NCBI RefSeq assembly: GCF_009914755.1
Contig: NC_060933.1
Origin: the human T2T-CHM13v2.0 reference genome, Homo sapiens
Reading direction: 5' to 3' (one strand)
DNA: 64,000 nt
In this document: piece by piece, positions 13,475 through 26,135 of the stretch
How positions within the stretch are numbered: the stretch's first letter is position 1
How the letters are laid out: the number at the start of each line of letters is the position of its first letter
Notes under the pieces: generated by a model
Database searches by the model: none
The model's input: the letters and a program-made list of their open reading frames with translations, nothing else
Told to the model about the DNA's origin: nothing
Program-made: the position numbers and the translations under genes

Positions 13475-14875
13475 GAGGTAAGAATTTAAGAAGGAAGTCA
13501 AGAGAAATTAGAAAACATCTTGAGATAAATGAAAATAAAAAGACAACATTACAAAAGCAGTACTAAGTGGAAAATTTACACCTATAAAAGCTTACACTAA
13601 AAAAGAGGAAGAAAGAGCTCAAATAAACTACCCAATTTTATATCTTATGTAGCTAGAAGAAGGAGTGCAAACTAAACCCAAAGCTGGCACAAGGCAGGAA
13701 ATTATAAAAATTGGAGCAAAGATAAACAAAATAGAGAAAAAGTAATTTAAAAATTAGCAAAGTAATAGTTGGTTTTTTGATAAGTTTTTAAAAATTGTCA
13801 AACCCCTAACTAGATTGATTAAGAAAAAAGAGAGAAGACTCAAAGAACAAAAATCAGAAACAAAAGAGGAGACATTAGAGCTGATGCTATAGAAATAAAA
13901 AAGATAAGAGACAATTAGAACAATTAAATGTCAACAAATTTAATATTGTACAGGAAATGGATAAATTTCTAGAAACATATACATAAAATCTGCTAAGGCT
14001 GAATCGTGAAGAAACAAAAAAATCTAAGCAGACCTATAACTGGTAAGGAGACTAAATCAATAAGTAAAAACTTCTGAACAAAGAAAAACCCAGGGACACA
14101 TGGTTTCACTGGAGAATTCTGCTGAACATTTAAAGAAAAATTTACACTAGTCTTTCTCAGCCCTTTCATAATATTGATGAGGAAGGTACTCTTTCAAACT
14201 AATTTTATGAGTCTAGCATTATCCTCATATCAAAGCCAGACAAGGACATGACACAAAAACTACTAAAGACCAACATCCCTACTGATATTGATGCAAAAGT
14301 TCTTAACAAAAAACTTGGAACTCAGATTTAATAGCACATTAAAAGGATTATGCATTATGACTAATTGGGATTTACTCCTGGTATACAAAGATGGTTCAAC
14401 ATTTTTTTAAAAAAACCCAGTGAATGTCATATACTTCATTAACAGAACGAAGGGAGAGAAACTGTAATAGTCTCAATTGATGCTGAAAAAGCATTTTACA
14501 ACATTCAAAATCCTTTCATGATAAAAACACTCAACTAGAAATAGAAGGAAATTATTTCAACGTGATAAAGACTATTATATGAAAATCCCACAGCTAACAT
14601 CATATTCAGTGGTGAAAAACTAAAAACTTTTACTCTAAGATCAGAAACAAAGCAATAATTCCACTCTCACCACTTCTATTTAATGTAGTACTTGAAGTCC
14701 TAGCCAGAGGAATTGATAAGAAAATGAAATAAAAGGCATACAAATTGGAAAGGAAGAAGTAAAATGATCTCTGGTGGCAGACAGAATGATCTTATATGTA
14801 GAAAATCCTAAAGATTACAAACACACACAGGGATACACACACATTGTTAGAACTTATAAATGAAATGAGTAAAGT
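13475..14875 (+). mobile_element. L1 ORF2 fragment (endonuclease-RT linker and RT region)
   Basis: gaaatggataaatttctagaaacata, gatgcaaaagttcttaacaaaa, tctcaattgatgctgaaaaagcatt, aaatcccacagctaacatcata. Confidence 0.85.
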
Positions 14876-15837
14876 TAATTAAAATGTACTTCCTGCTTCC
14901 AGCCTGTTGTGCAGGTCACAATCTCCTGACTAACACTCCTTACCCACACTACGAAGTGGAGCTGGAAAAACTCAGTGTGGAAGTGCAGTGGTAGTTTAAA
15001 TCAGCAGGAAATCTTATAGTTGATAGTGTGTGAAATGGCTTTGTCAACAGTAAATTTCCAGTTTCACAGGTTCATTACGAATATCAGATAATAATGTCTG
15101 CCTGTATAATTTGAAAATATATTCATCATCACATTAGTCAAATAGAGAGCTCAGGTGTATTTTAAGAACTTGTTAGAGAATTCTACATTGTCAACTGACA
15201 GTCAGAGGCTTTTTCATGCAAGCGTATGGATGTTGGTAGAATTTGGGAGATGTTACTGTAACCTGCACAATTTTGTATTTGAGGTCATTAATGAGGAGGT
15301 TTGTGTGCATGTGTGTGTGTGTGTGTGTACGTTGGTTGCTCAGGCAGCTGGAAGGGACATCAATTTGGGAGGGTTTCTTGAATCATTGTTTCAGATTTCC
15401 TAGCCAATGCTTTAGTGTGCTTCCCTGTAAATTGGAGGGGAGGGTCTTAGTAATATTTTAGTAGATTTTTGTCCTTTTTCTTTTCTCGATGACTGCTTCT
15501 GGGTGGACCAGGTTAGGAGCAAGGGAAAGGCTTGGCAACTATTGAATCTCTGTTTCTTTATTTGATTGCCTTACATATTTCAATTATTATGATCCTTTCT
15601 AGTCATGGAATGCTGTAGAAGATTAGGTATAATATATATATGTATATATATGCATACACAGACATACATATAGACACATGCATGCATATAACTTATACAT
15701 ATATGCATAATTTTACTTACTTTTGTTCATTTTGTTACATGGTTATTTTTAGTGTGAAAAGATTGTCCTAGCTAACTGTGCTGTCACTTTGCCCTGAAAA
15801 TCTCTGCAGCCATATCAAGAGCTATTGACTTTATGCA

Positions 15838-16253
15838 TAGTTGACTCTAGAACAATACAGGAGTTAGAGGCTGACCCCCCTCAAAGTGAAAAATCTGCAT
15901 ATAACTTTTGACTTTCCGAAAACTTAACTACTAATAGCTTACTGTCAACTGAAAGCCTTATCAATAACATAAACCATCAATTAACACATATTTTGTATGT
16001 TATACATAATATATATTCTCACAATAAAGCAAGCTAGAAAAAAGAAAAGGAGATCACAAGAAAGAGAAAATATATTTATTATTCATTAAGTGGAAATGGA
16101 TCATCATCAAGGTCATCATCACACTAAGCTGCGAAGCAGGAGGAGGAAGGGGAGGGGTTGGTCTTGCTGTCTTGAGAGGTGGCAGAAGTGGAAGTAAATC
16201 CACTTATAAGTGGGCCCTAGTAGTTCAAACCTGTGTTTTTCAAGGGTCAACTC
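15838..16253 (-). mobile_element. Tigger2a (MER28) DNA transposon
   Basis: Terminal inverted repeats tagttgactctagaacaa / tttttcaagggtcaactc and characteristic interior (cattaagtggaaatggatcatc, ggttggtcttgctgtct). Confidence 0.85.
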
Positions 16254-16449
16254 CATGTTCAAAAGAATTGGAGAACAGAGGCAGTGCTGGCAGCAGCAGA
16301 GCTGGGGGTAAGAGCTGATCCACTGCAGCACTGAGCCACTCATCCACTCTGGGCTAAGTCTCTCTCAGGCTCTGGCCTTTAGCCGCTGAAGGCACATTCT
16401 CACTTGGGAAGAGGATGAGGAGAAACTTGGGTCGCAACTATGTTGGTCA

Positions 16450-16826
16450 CAAATGTCTTTGCGGAATCAGCGCAGTGTCAGCAGGAAGCAGTTGAATTTG
16501 AAGGCAGATACACCTTGACTCTTCCTGCCTGCCAATGCCCTGCCTCGCAGTAGACAAGTCTCCATAGATGACCAGCCAAGCACAGAAGTGCAGTAATAGA
16601 GGGACCTGCAGTACCAACACTGCCCACACATCTATACTTCACAAGCCGGTAAAGACATCCAGTAGCTCATTGTGGATTCGTTTAGGTGCATTGAAGTTCT
16701 TAGTCCTCTAGGAGGAGATTGCACCAGTCATATGATGCTCATTCGCTTAATAAACAAAAGTGAACATCAAGATCTGTGAAGATGTTCCTAGAGCCAGCAG
16801 CAGCTTGAGAACTTGGAATGTAAGAA
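16450..16826 (+). pseudogene. Degraded MXI1 processed pseudogene, copy 1 (3' truncated in the leucine zipper)
   Basis: Frames give KSP*MTSQAQKCSNRGTCSTNTAHTS, VLSPLGGDCTSH, KVNIKICED, SQQQLENLE; compare recalled MXI1 [55 protein letters not shown]. Confidence 0.8.
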
Positions 16827-17641
16827 ACTCCCCAAAATCTGGTATTCTGGGCTCTTGACTGCACAGATAGAATTTGTCAAATTTGTTAAAAATTACAACC
16901 GTGTTGTTTACATAGAATTATTTTGACAGTTAAGTTCACCCAAATATCGATATTGTGTAAAAGTGTGTGCCCACTATAGATGTCATGATCCCCTCCTCCA
17001 AAGTTGTGTGGGCTGTCAGGACAGATCAAGTACTCCCAAGTCACCCTAGTGGAGCCCCATATTTAAAGGGAACCTCTGCTCTACTCACCCAGTGCCTCAT
17101 TCCTCCCCCTAATTCTCCTCTAATCCTACTAGAAACTAGGTTATAAACCAATCTTCTGTCACCAGCACTAGTGCAGTCCAGGCTCCCCCAAGAAGTCTGG
17201 GAGTTTGGAGTGCATCTCAACATTACGTCCAGAAACAAAGGGTGACTTTCACACTAGTTTAGCATCCCCCACGTGCAGAGTGCTGAGATGGGCCGACTGG
17301 AGAGAGGAGACTACAACTCTTAACCCTCCTGGCCTCAGGTTCTGCCTGTTCTGTGGAAAGAAGAAAAAAATAATGGTTCTGCCCCGTGCTCAAATTTGTT
17401 CCTTGCCAGTTGTGGCCTTCAGGCAAATCTCTTCTCTTCCCCGAGCCTCATGCGCCCCACAACCTTCTGAGACACAATTTAGAAAATATGAATGCTAATA
17501 GTGAGTGTAAAATCACCGCAAAGTGTTATGTGGACGTTAGTGGTTATTCTTCAACACATCTAATTGTGTTGAACTGGACTACTTTTCCAGCTTTGCCGTT
17601 ATTTTTCATAGGGTTGTTTGTTGATTTAAAAGTGTGATTCT

Positions 17642-17730
17642 CGCTTGAACCAGGGAGGCGGAGGTTGCCGTGAGCCGAGATCGCGCCACGGCACTCCAGC
17701 CTGGGCACGGAGCCAGACTCCATCTCAAAA
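17642..17730 (+). mobile_element. 5'-truncated Alu (about 90 bp) with perfect 14-bp target-site duplication
   Basis: aaaagtgtgattct at 17628-17641 and 17731-17744; body cgcttgaaccagggaggcggaggttgccgtgagccgagatcgcgccac is CpG-rich. Confidence 0.9.
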
Positions 17731-17749
17731 AAAAGTGTGATTCTGCAGC

Positions 17750-17920
17750 CATAGTTCATAGCCTGGATCCCAGCTCTGACCTTGTAAAATAGCCTAAACG
17801 TGTGTTCCCTAGTTTCCTCATCTTTGATGTGGGGACAATTATAGTATTTTTTTCCATAGGATTATTGTAAGGATTAAATGAGTAAATACACACAAAAGGC
17901 ATCAAAGTATGCCTACTAAA
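17750..17920 (+). mobile_element. MIR
   Basis: atcccagctctg...agtttcctcatct...attgtaaggattaaatgag core. Confidence 0.7.
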
Positions 17921-18135
17921 AGTAATTAGGACTGTTAGAAGTCAGAGTAGCTACCCTCAGGGAAGAAACAAGAAAGCGGGTTTTAAGTAGTGACGAGAAG
18001 GCAACACTCAGGAGGCTTCTAGGTCCTGAGCAAAATCTTTTATTTTTCACACAGGTGGTAGTTTCAGAGTGCATTCAGTGTATGAATATTCATTGTGCTA
18101 TATGCCTAAGATACTTGCAATTTCTGTGTATTATA

Positions 18136-18313
18136 CTTTTTCTTTTCTTTTTTGTTTTTAAGATGGAATCTCACTCTGTTGCCCTGGTGGGAGTGCAGTA
18201 GCATGATCATAACTCACTGCAGTCTCAAACTCCTGGGCTCAAGCAATCCTCCTGCCTCTTACCTCAGCCTCCTGATTAGCTGGGGTTACAGGCATGTGAT
18301 AGCACATCTGGCT
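18136..18313 (-). mobile_element. Alu monomer (FRAM/AluJ-like)
   Basis: tctcactctgttgccc...gagtgcagtagcatgatcataactcactgcagtctcaaactcctgggctcaagcaatcctcc. Confidence 0.8.
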
Positions 18314-18389
18314 CTGTTATTTTCATGGTAAAAAAATACCACAATATGTGTAATTATATATATTTGTCTGCTATGGTATATAGATTTGT

Positions 18390-20096
18390 CTGCTATGGCT
18401 GTGTCCCATTTGGCCCTCTAAAAAGTTGTTCATGCTTGTCCTCTAAAAAAGACAAGATTCAGCTTTTTGAGAATCTGTTCCATTATGGCTAAATGTTTTC
18501 AAAAAACTGGTTTTGTAAAAATGTTCTAATGAAGAGTTGATTCATTGTGACATCCTCTTTTATTCCAAAGAATCCTTTTAAAATTTTCCATGCATACGTT
18601 TTATCAGTAATACAATGTAATCAAATATTAGCACCTCAAAAATATATTCAAAGACTTGTAAAACTCAAACAAAACTTGTGACCATGAAGTTTTGATGTTT
18701 CATCATGTTTCCTAAAATAGAAAGTTTACAAAATCTTTCAATCTCCTAAGTTACTAGATGATGCTTACAGAAGCAATAAAATCAGAGAAACAAAAATGTT
18801 AGAAAATTCTTGCAGGTGATTTTCAATATTGTTTTATTTTGTGCAAAAAATAATTAACCTTTTAGAAGGTCCCAGAGTATTAGAAGCCCAAACTCTGGAA
18901 TATTCTCAATTTTAGTTGAGCTTTTCAGTTATTATAATATTGGTATAGCTACTCATATAATTAGTAATACAAAAGATTCTGAGTCTTATTTGTAAATAAA
19001 GTTCAAAATAAGTCATATGTTATAGGTAATCATGTTAGATATAAACCACTATTGAAAAAGAATATAAAAACAAAATACTTTATTTTTTGATTATACAATA
19101 TATATAGTCCATTATGTTCACATTTAGAATGATGTTAACAATTGTTTTGACATTTTTAAAATGAAAAACTTCAATATATCTAGTTCATGAAATTGTTAAT
19201 AAACTAGAAAATGATATGGACATAAAAATGACATTAGCCAAGTATATGATAATGAGGCAATGGTGGCAGGTGTACACAAAGGCATAAAAGCCATTATTTC
19301 CCACCCAAAATGATTATGTCACATTTGTGCCTTACTCAGCTCATAATCTTATGTAAAAATCTGCATTTGTGAATTAAGATAACTTTTTAAAAGTATTGTA
19401 CAAAGGGTATATCTACATTTTTGAATTCAACTAGCAGATGGGAAATTATCATGTCTGTATTAACCACTACATTAAAAACACTTAAGGATATCTAGGGCAT
19501 AAAAATAAAAATCGATGTATTGGCACTTAAGATATGTATTAAGCAGTAAATGATACCAAATGCAAACCTGCATTATGCTGAAATGGAAAGCATCTTAATG
19601 CAAAGAGATTACACATTTTTATGCAACTTATCTATGTGGGATGACATTTTGAACCAAGTGGAAAATGTTAATAAAATTCTCCAATGAAAACCATGACTAT
19701 ACAGCATATAAAGCTGAATGCTTCATAGAAAGCCCTTGCTTAAAACAACTAGGATTTAAAAGTTCCTATAAGTGGAAATTAAGGAAGACAGTTATTGGTT
19801 CATGAGATATTGCCAAACATGGTAATGTTCTTAATTGAAAATGAGTAAGCAGAAAAGTAATTTTGAAAATATTCTGATGTTTGCCTACATTAAAATCAGA
19901 AACTTACAAAAAAAAAAAAAAAGTCTGGTCTTGGCATATTTAAACTTAAAATAATGTGTTTTAATAGTTTTCAGTTTTTTCAACTACTTTGTTGTAGGAA
20001 AAAATAACCATTAAAACTTAATAAAATCACCTACATTGGGGCACACATTTTCCTTTTCCCCCGGGGTGCCCTGTCCACTGAAAGGTGGACAGCACT
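18390..20096 (+). mobile_element. Ancient hAT (Tip100/Zaphod-like) transposase remnant
   Basis: Translation at 19236-19300 SQVYDNEAMVAGVHKGIKAII and at 19321 TFVPYSAHNL resemble hAT motifs GQxYDxAxxMxGxxxGV and xVxCxAHxLNL; AT-rich, many stops; boundaries approximate. Confidence 0.6.
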
Positions 20097-20254
20097 TTGT
20101 AAGCTCGCTTCCTGATTGTTCATGATTTTCCCCTTTCTCCGAATTCGGGTCTTTCTCCGCAGAAATGGCCCTGAATCTCTAACACTGACTACGGCACGAT
20201 CTGATTTTGAGCCGTCAGTCCCCTCAATACACTGGCACATTGGTAAAACGGTCT

Positions 20255-20545
20255 CGCTAAAATGTTCCATGAGAAAAATGTCTCGGGGGAGGCGGCGGTA
20301 GAGCTCTCCCTCTGTAGTCAGAGCCGTGAAAGGCGGCGTTTACTCGCTGCTCACGAGGCCTGCGGACCCTAATCCCCAAGCGCCCGGGCCTCCACTCTGC
20401 GGACCCCAAGCGCGGGTCTCCTTGAGGAAGGGGCGACCGCGGGTTAGGGTCGCTGGTGGGTCCGTTACCGCTGGTCCGGCGCCCTCTGTCGGCTGTTTGT
20501 AACAGCAAAGGCAGCTTTGTGCGCTGTTAGCAGTGGTCGCGTGCT
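20255..20545. promoter_or_regulatory. Small orphan CpG-rich island
   Basis: Abrupt GC- and CpG-rich segment (ggcggcgg, aaggcggcgtttactcgc, gcgaccgcggg, ccgttaccgctggtccggcgcc) in AT-rich surroundings. Confidence 0.75.
20479..20492 (-). promoter_or_regulatory. CTCF-like motif
   Basis: Minus strand CCGACAGAGGGCGC vs core CC(A/G)(C/G)(C/T)AG(A/G)(G/T)GGC(A/G)(C/G): one deviation. Confidence 0.55.
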
Positions 20546-22789
20546 CAGTGTCACTGCTGTGCTGGTGATTGAAATTCTCCGTGTCCTGATCTCTGCTGAT
20601 GCCACTCCTCACCTGCTCTGCTCTCCTCCATCCTTCACATTTCACTCATCAGCATATGTCATCTTCTATTTTCCCAATCATTTCCCATAGTCATGTAAAT
20701 TGGAAGCATAAGTATCCTCTCCTTTCCACCCACAAGAGCCACTAGCTCTGTTTTCTACAGGAGTCACTGAAATAATTGTAAGAAACTCACTCTCTGGTCC
20801 AGAGGTCATAAGTCTCACAGGTCTTGTCTCCCACGCACCTCGTGAACTTACGGTGAGAATTAACTGAGCAACATATAGAGCCACCTGGGCCATAGTAAAT
20901 ATGGTTATTTTATACCAATAATTATGATGATTATTAACTTTGTTGATTACGCTTTAGACTCTCAGAGATAATTACCAACTGTTAATTTCATTTTGCCAAC
21001 TATATAAAATGGTCAAGATATTTCCTTGTCATTTTGTCAACACATCTACATATTTGTAGGTGAGGCACACATTGGTGAAAGTATCTGATAATTTGTAATC
21101 AATTTGAGAATTGTAGACCATAAAGGAACATCAGTGTATTATAAGTAAAGTGGAAGGCTTTCTAGAAAATAAGTGATGATTCAGTACATGCAGTTTGCAC
21201 AGACACGTAATGCTGTGGGTGAGGAGGTGGAGTTTGGAGTCTGACAAAATCTAGGTTTTGAAACCTAGATTTGCCTTTTATTTACTAGATTGTTTTAGTT
21301 ACATACACTCCGTTAGCATGCAGTTTTTTGGTAAATGAGATTATAGTGAGGGGATTAAATGAGTCCCTCAGAGAGGGGAAAATAATTTGTAGTTGCTATC
21401 ATCATCATCACCATTTTTGATAAAGACTGAAAGAAGCCTGTGTGATTTGTCTGTCAGGCCCTTGGTGGTCATGATCAGAGCAACATTGAAACATTTAATT
21501 AGTAATCAATTCAGGATTAATGTGCCATAAGAAAATATAGGCAGCAGCAAGGAATGTGTTCTTTATTCTCAAACAAATGTAGAGAATAAAAACTATTTTA
21601 ATGAAACCTTGCCATATAACCATGATAACCTGAGGTCTCTTCGTCATGAAATCATTCATGTAGCACCTGTAATACATTGGTTAGATTGTGACCCAATATT
21701 TCAAGTTTAAATCATATATGACAGACAAAATTATCAAGTATAATTATTAACCCTTTCTCTAAAAAGAGGATCTCATATCTATACTCACAAGTAAAATCAC
21801 AGATATTGAATCAAGGAGAGGAGAGAAATGATGGCCTGAAGTTGGCCCCATTTAAGAAAGGCACACGGGTATGAATGAGAGAAAGAAACCCACAAGAAGT
21901 AGAAGGAGGCTACAAGAAAGAATATGCAGGTGTTTGGGGAAAAAAACCACATTTGCTCAGAAGGAGCTACCATGATAAGAGTGACTCATGGAGTGAATGG
22001 TTAAAGAACATTTAATTTTTATTTCTAGCTAAGTTGTCCAGGTCTAGCTAAGTTGCCCAGGCTGGAGTGCAGTGGCATGATCACAGTCCATGGCAGGCTT
22101 GAACTCCTGGGCTCAAGCTATCCTCCTGCCTTTTTCAAAAAACATAAGTAAAACTGAATTAGTTCCAGCTAGTAAAACTGCCAAAGTGTTTGGTGCATCT
22201 TCTTCATAGCCCTAGAAAGGGTTCCTACCGATTACTTACTCTATAAGACCTGTCAGCTTTGCCAGAGTGCTCCACTACAGAAATAATACATTTGTCTTAC
22301 TTACCAATATACTCACTAAATAAGTACATTACTTGAAACAGATATACTCAAAATATTTTATGAAGCAATGAAATAAATAAAACCATTTATGTTCTTTTTG
22401 AAATTGATGGCAGATTAAAGGTTTATGGACATTTTGTATCTTTTCAAGAGTATGAGTTAAGACCCAACATTTACAGTTAAGATTTAACTCCCTCCTACAC
22501 TCCACAGCAAAAACAAACAAACAAAAAAAGGCAAGCTGACCGTGTTTATAAAGAATAAAATTTGAAGACAAGTATCATGAGATAAATTGTAATTGTTACA
22601 AACTAAAAATGTACTTTCCTTATATTCAAAAGTACTATACAATTTCTTCTTATTGAAAAAGGCTAACAAAAATGACTCAATACATTTTATTACAGAAGCA
22701 GAAGGAAAGTCTTTGAATTGAGCTTAAAGCAACAAATTAATAGATGAGACCCAACTGACCAAAATGAGGTTTACGTCTAAGTCTCTTCT

Positions 22790-23316
22790 CCAAACTTCTG
22801 AGTTTTCTGATAAGCCTATTAGCACAGAGAAATAACTTACTGATTTTTACTTCTTAATTTCTGGTAGGACAATGTCCTGGGCACAGCAGCTATGTACTTT
22901 CTTTTTCAGCTAGAGACTGGTCCTTTGGGAATAACCCATCACAGCCAGGCTGGAGTTCTACCCAAGGTCTCTTCCATTTCCTGTTCCAAACAGTTCTCCA
23001 GAAATTCTAGCTACTGACCAAGCCCAGTGAGGAATTTCAGCCCTTTGTGCTGAAAACATTGGAGATCTGCTGGATCATCTCATGGAGAATATTGGTGGCC
23101 TGAGCCTTTTGGAATTTGGTGCCATCCATCTGCTCCAGGAGAACCTGAAAACATTCTTGTCCTTCAGACAGGAAGAAAAGGAAGATTCTTCCATTTGGTG
23201 AAGAACTGTGAAGGTCTCCTGCTTCTGGCAGGCTGGGCCAGGTCACAGCTAAGGGTACAGAGAAAGCTGGAGAACATCATCCTCAGTGTCACTAGTGAAA
23301 AGGTTGGCAGGGCCAC
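22790..23316 (-). pseudogene. IFNA11P: Type I interferon pseudogene (divergent, alpha-omega-like)
   Basis: GTG start, [83 protein letters not shown]; frameshifts, stops and deletion of the AAWxETLLD segment. Symbol assigned from recalled position between IFNA2 and IFNA8. Confidence 0.85.
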
Positions 23317-23406
23317 TGGTGGGATGCAGCTGGCCGGGCCTTGTGAGCCTTCACTCAGCTGTCTCAGCACTTTCTTGTTGTGAGACTATTACATTACCAG
23401 GCAAGG

Positions 23407-23460
23407 ATTTTCAGTTTTTGTACTTATCTCAATTTTTTTTCCATTTTGTTCACTTTCTAT
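23407..23460 (-). promoter_or_regulatory. Residual IRF/VRE motifs upstream of IFNA11P
   Basis: Minus strand AGAAAGTGAACAAAATGGAAA...AAAAACTGAAAAT at the usual VRE distance from the start codon; TATA box decayed. Confidence 0.55.
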
Positions 23461-23557
23461 TCTATTTATGGATCTCAGATAATGTCATGACCTCAGCACT
23501 TCTTTTGTATTATAATGGAAATTAAACACTCCGAAAATGAAAGAAATCGCGATCTAA

Positions 23558-24007
<450 letters not shown>

Positions 24008-24577
24008 TTTTTACATATTAAACTGCACTGAAATACACATTTCCTCACCTCTCTCCATTTCCCTTTTAAGGGGCTAATGCACTAGATTTGATTTCTTCCA
24101 CCTTTCTTTACAGGAGCCACAGATCACAATCTACAGATCACAGGGCATAAAACTGGCATACCAACGGTTAACTCATCCAGTTGTCTTCATTCTGTCACTA
24201 AAAATGTGTTCACTGCATATACGGGACAAACAATGTGCTTGGCAATGTGGGTTCAAGGATAATAAGACAGGATGATGATTGCCCTCCAGGGAGCAAAAGC
24301 CAGACATTAAAGACACGATTATGATTAATTAAGCACTAGCATTCTCAGTGCTGCCAAGAGGAAGTACTGAGAGCAAATCAAGAGGGGAGTTGGAGGCAGT
24401 AGAAAGCTCCACTTTCTGACAAAATCTGTGACTCTTAGCAAGTTAAACATCAGATTTTCATTTCCTCTTCTGAAAAATTCAGAATATTTTAGTAGTTGTC
24501 ATATTAGAAACTGTAAAGATTAAATGAAATAAAGTTTGGAAATTACTGGCTGAGAATCTGAACATGATAAATTATAG

Positions 24578-24939
24578 TGATGTGGTTTGGCTGTGTCTCC
24601 ACCCAAATCTCACCTTGAATTGTAATAATTCCCACATGTCAATAGTGGGGCCAGGTGGAGATAATTGAATCATGGGGGCAGTTTCTCCCATATTGTTCTC
24701 GTGGTAGCGAATAAGTCTCACAAGATCCAATGGTTTTATAAATGGGGGTTCTCCTCCCTGCACAAGCTCTCTCTTGCCTGCCACCATGTAAGACATGACT
24801 TTGCTCCTCATTCACCTTCCGCCATGATTGTGAGGCCTCCCCAGCCATGTGGAACTGTGAGTCAATTAAACCTCTTTCCTTTATAAATTACTCAGTCTTG
24901 GGTATGTCTTTAGTAGCAGCATGAGAACAGACTAATACA
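24578..24939 (+). mobile_element. THE1 (MaLR) solo LTR
   Basis: tgatgtggtttggctgtgtctccacccaaatctcaccttgaattg...gactaataca; 5-bp TSD tatag/gatag. Confidence 0.9.
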
Positions 24940-25149
24940 GATAGTAACCTTTAGTATAATCTATATAGTTTGCATTTGTGAACTATATAGAAAAAATATA
25001 TATATACATACAACCATGTATTTATAATCTGTATAGTCCATATTCAACCAAGTCCATCCAAGAAAAGCTTTGATTGCAGCTCCCCTGACACTCTCAGGGT
25101 CTTGCACATTGGCGCCTCCTAAATGGAAACTCTAGGAGAGGAAATTGTC

Positions 25150-25870
25150 TGTAAGACTGGAAAATATTTTAAAGAAGTTTATTCTGAGCCAATATGAGTG
25201 ACCATATCCTGGAGAAACAGTTTTAAGAGGTCCTGAAAAAGTGCACCCAAGGTGGTTGGGTTATAATTTGGTTTTAGACATTTCAGGGAGATACGAATTG
25301 CAGGTAAAATCATAAATCAATACATGGAAGGTATACAGTGGTTTGGCCAGAAAAGGCAAGACATCTCAAAGTGGGGATTTAAAAGTCACAGGTGGGTTTC
25401 AGGGATTCTTTAGCTGGCAATTGGTTGAAACAGTTAAGCTTTGTCTAAAGACTTGAAGTCATTAGAAAAGAATGCTTAAATTAAGATAAATGGGTCTGCA
25501 ATCTGCCATATGGTATTATATGAGAGTTAGGTTAGAAAGTGAGCCACATTTTACTGGGTTAATTTTTAAAAATCCATTTAAGGAGATTTTATGGTTTGCA
25601 GTACATAACTCTCGCCTTGCATGGCCTTAGGTCTTGCTTATAATTTGGTATCTTATTGCCACAAAGTCTGTTTTGTCTTATTATCTCTCTTATAACATCA
25701 ATGCTGGCCAGTTTGTGTCCATACTCCAAAACGGAGGGGGATATAATGAGGCGTGTCCATCCTGCTTCCCATCATGGTTGAGAATTCAGTTAAGGTTTTT
25801 AGGGGTTCCATTGGCCAAAAGGGGGCATGTTCAGCCAATGGGTGGCTTAGTATTTTATTTTTAGTTTTAG
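25150..25870 (-). mobile_element. MER4-family ERV1 solo LTR
   Basis: aagtttattctgagccaatatgagtgacca, ggtatcttattgccacaaagtctg, ataatgaggcgtgtcc, ttggccaaaagggggc...ttttatttttag. Confidence 0.7.
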
Positions 25871-26135
25871 TTTATAACTCTATATCTATATATATATGTA
25901 AGTATATGTAGAATATATACTTACATTTTATATATTATGGGTATTTAAATATATAAATATATACATATGTTATAATTTTATATAAAGTATATGCTGAAAT
26001 ATATAAATATGTATACGTAAGTATTTAAATGTACAGAAACACACATATAAAATAGATCAATATAAAAATATATATCCTTTATATATTTAAAATATATACT
26101 TAAATTATCAACTCAAATACTATTTTAATACAATA
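25870..26135. repeat. TA-rich low-complexity tract
   Basis: Degenerate (TA)n run. Confidence 0.85.

Larger units (their letters stand above)
14885..16830 (+). repeat. Partial copy of the GT-module/MXI1 cassette (paralogous to about 36800-39240 and 53110-54545)
   Basis: e.g. 15252-15430 vs 53505-53700; 15783-15815 (gtcactttgccctgaaaatctctg) vs 38547-38575 and 53977-54005. Confidence 0.8.

Noticed and set aside
25111-25128. ggcgcctcctaaatgg as a third CTCF site
   Set aside because: The 5' half of the core matches poorly.
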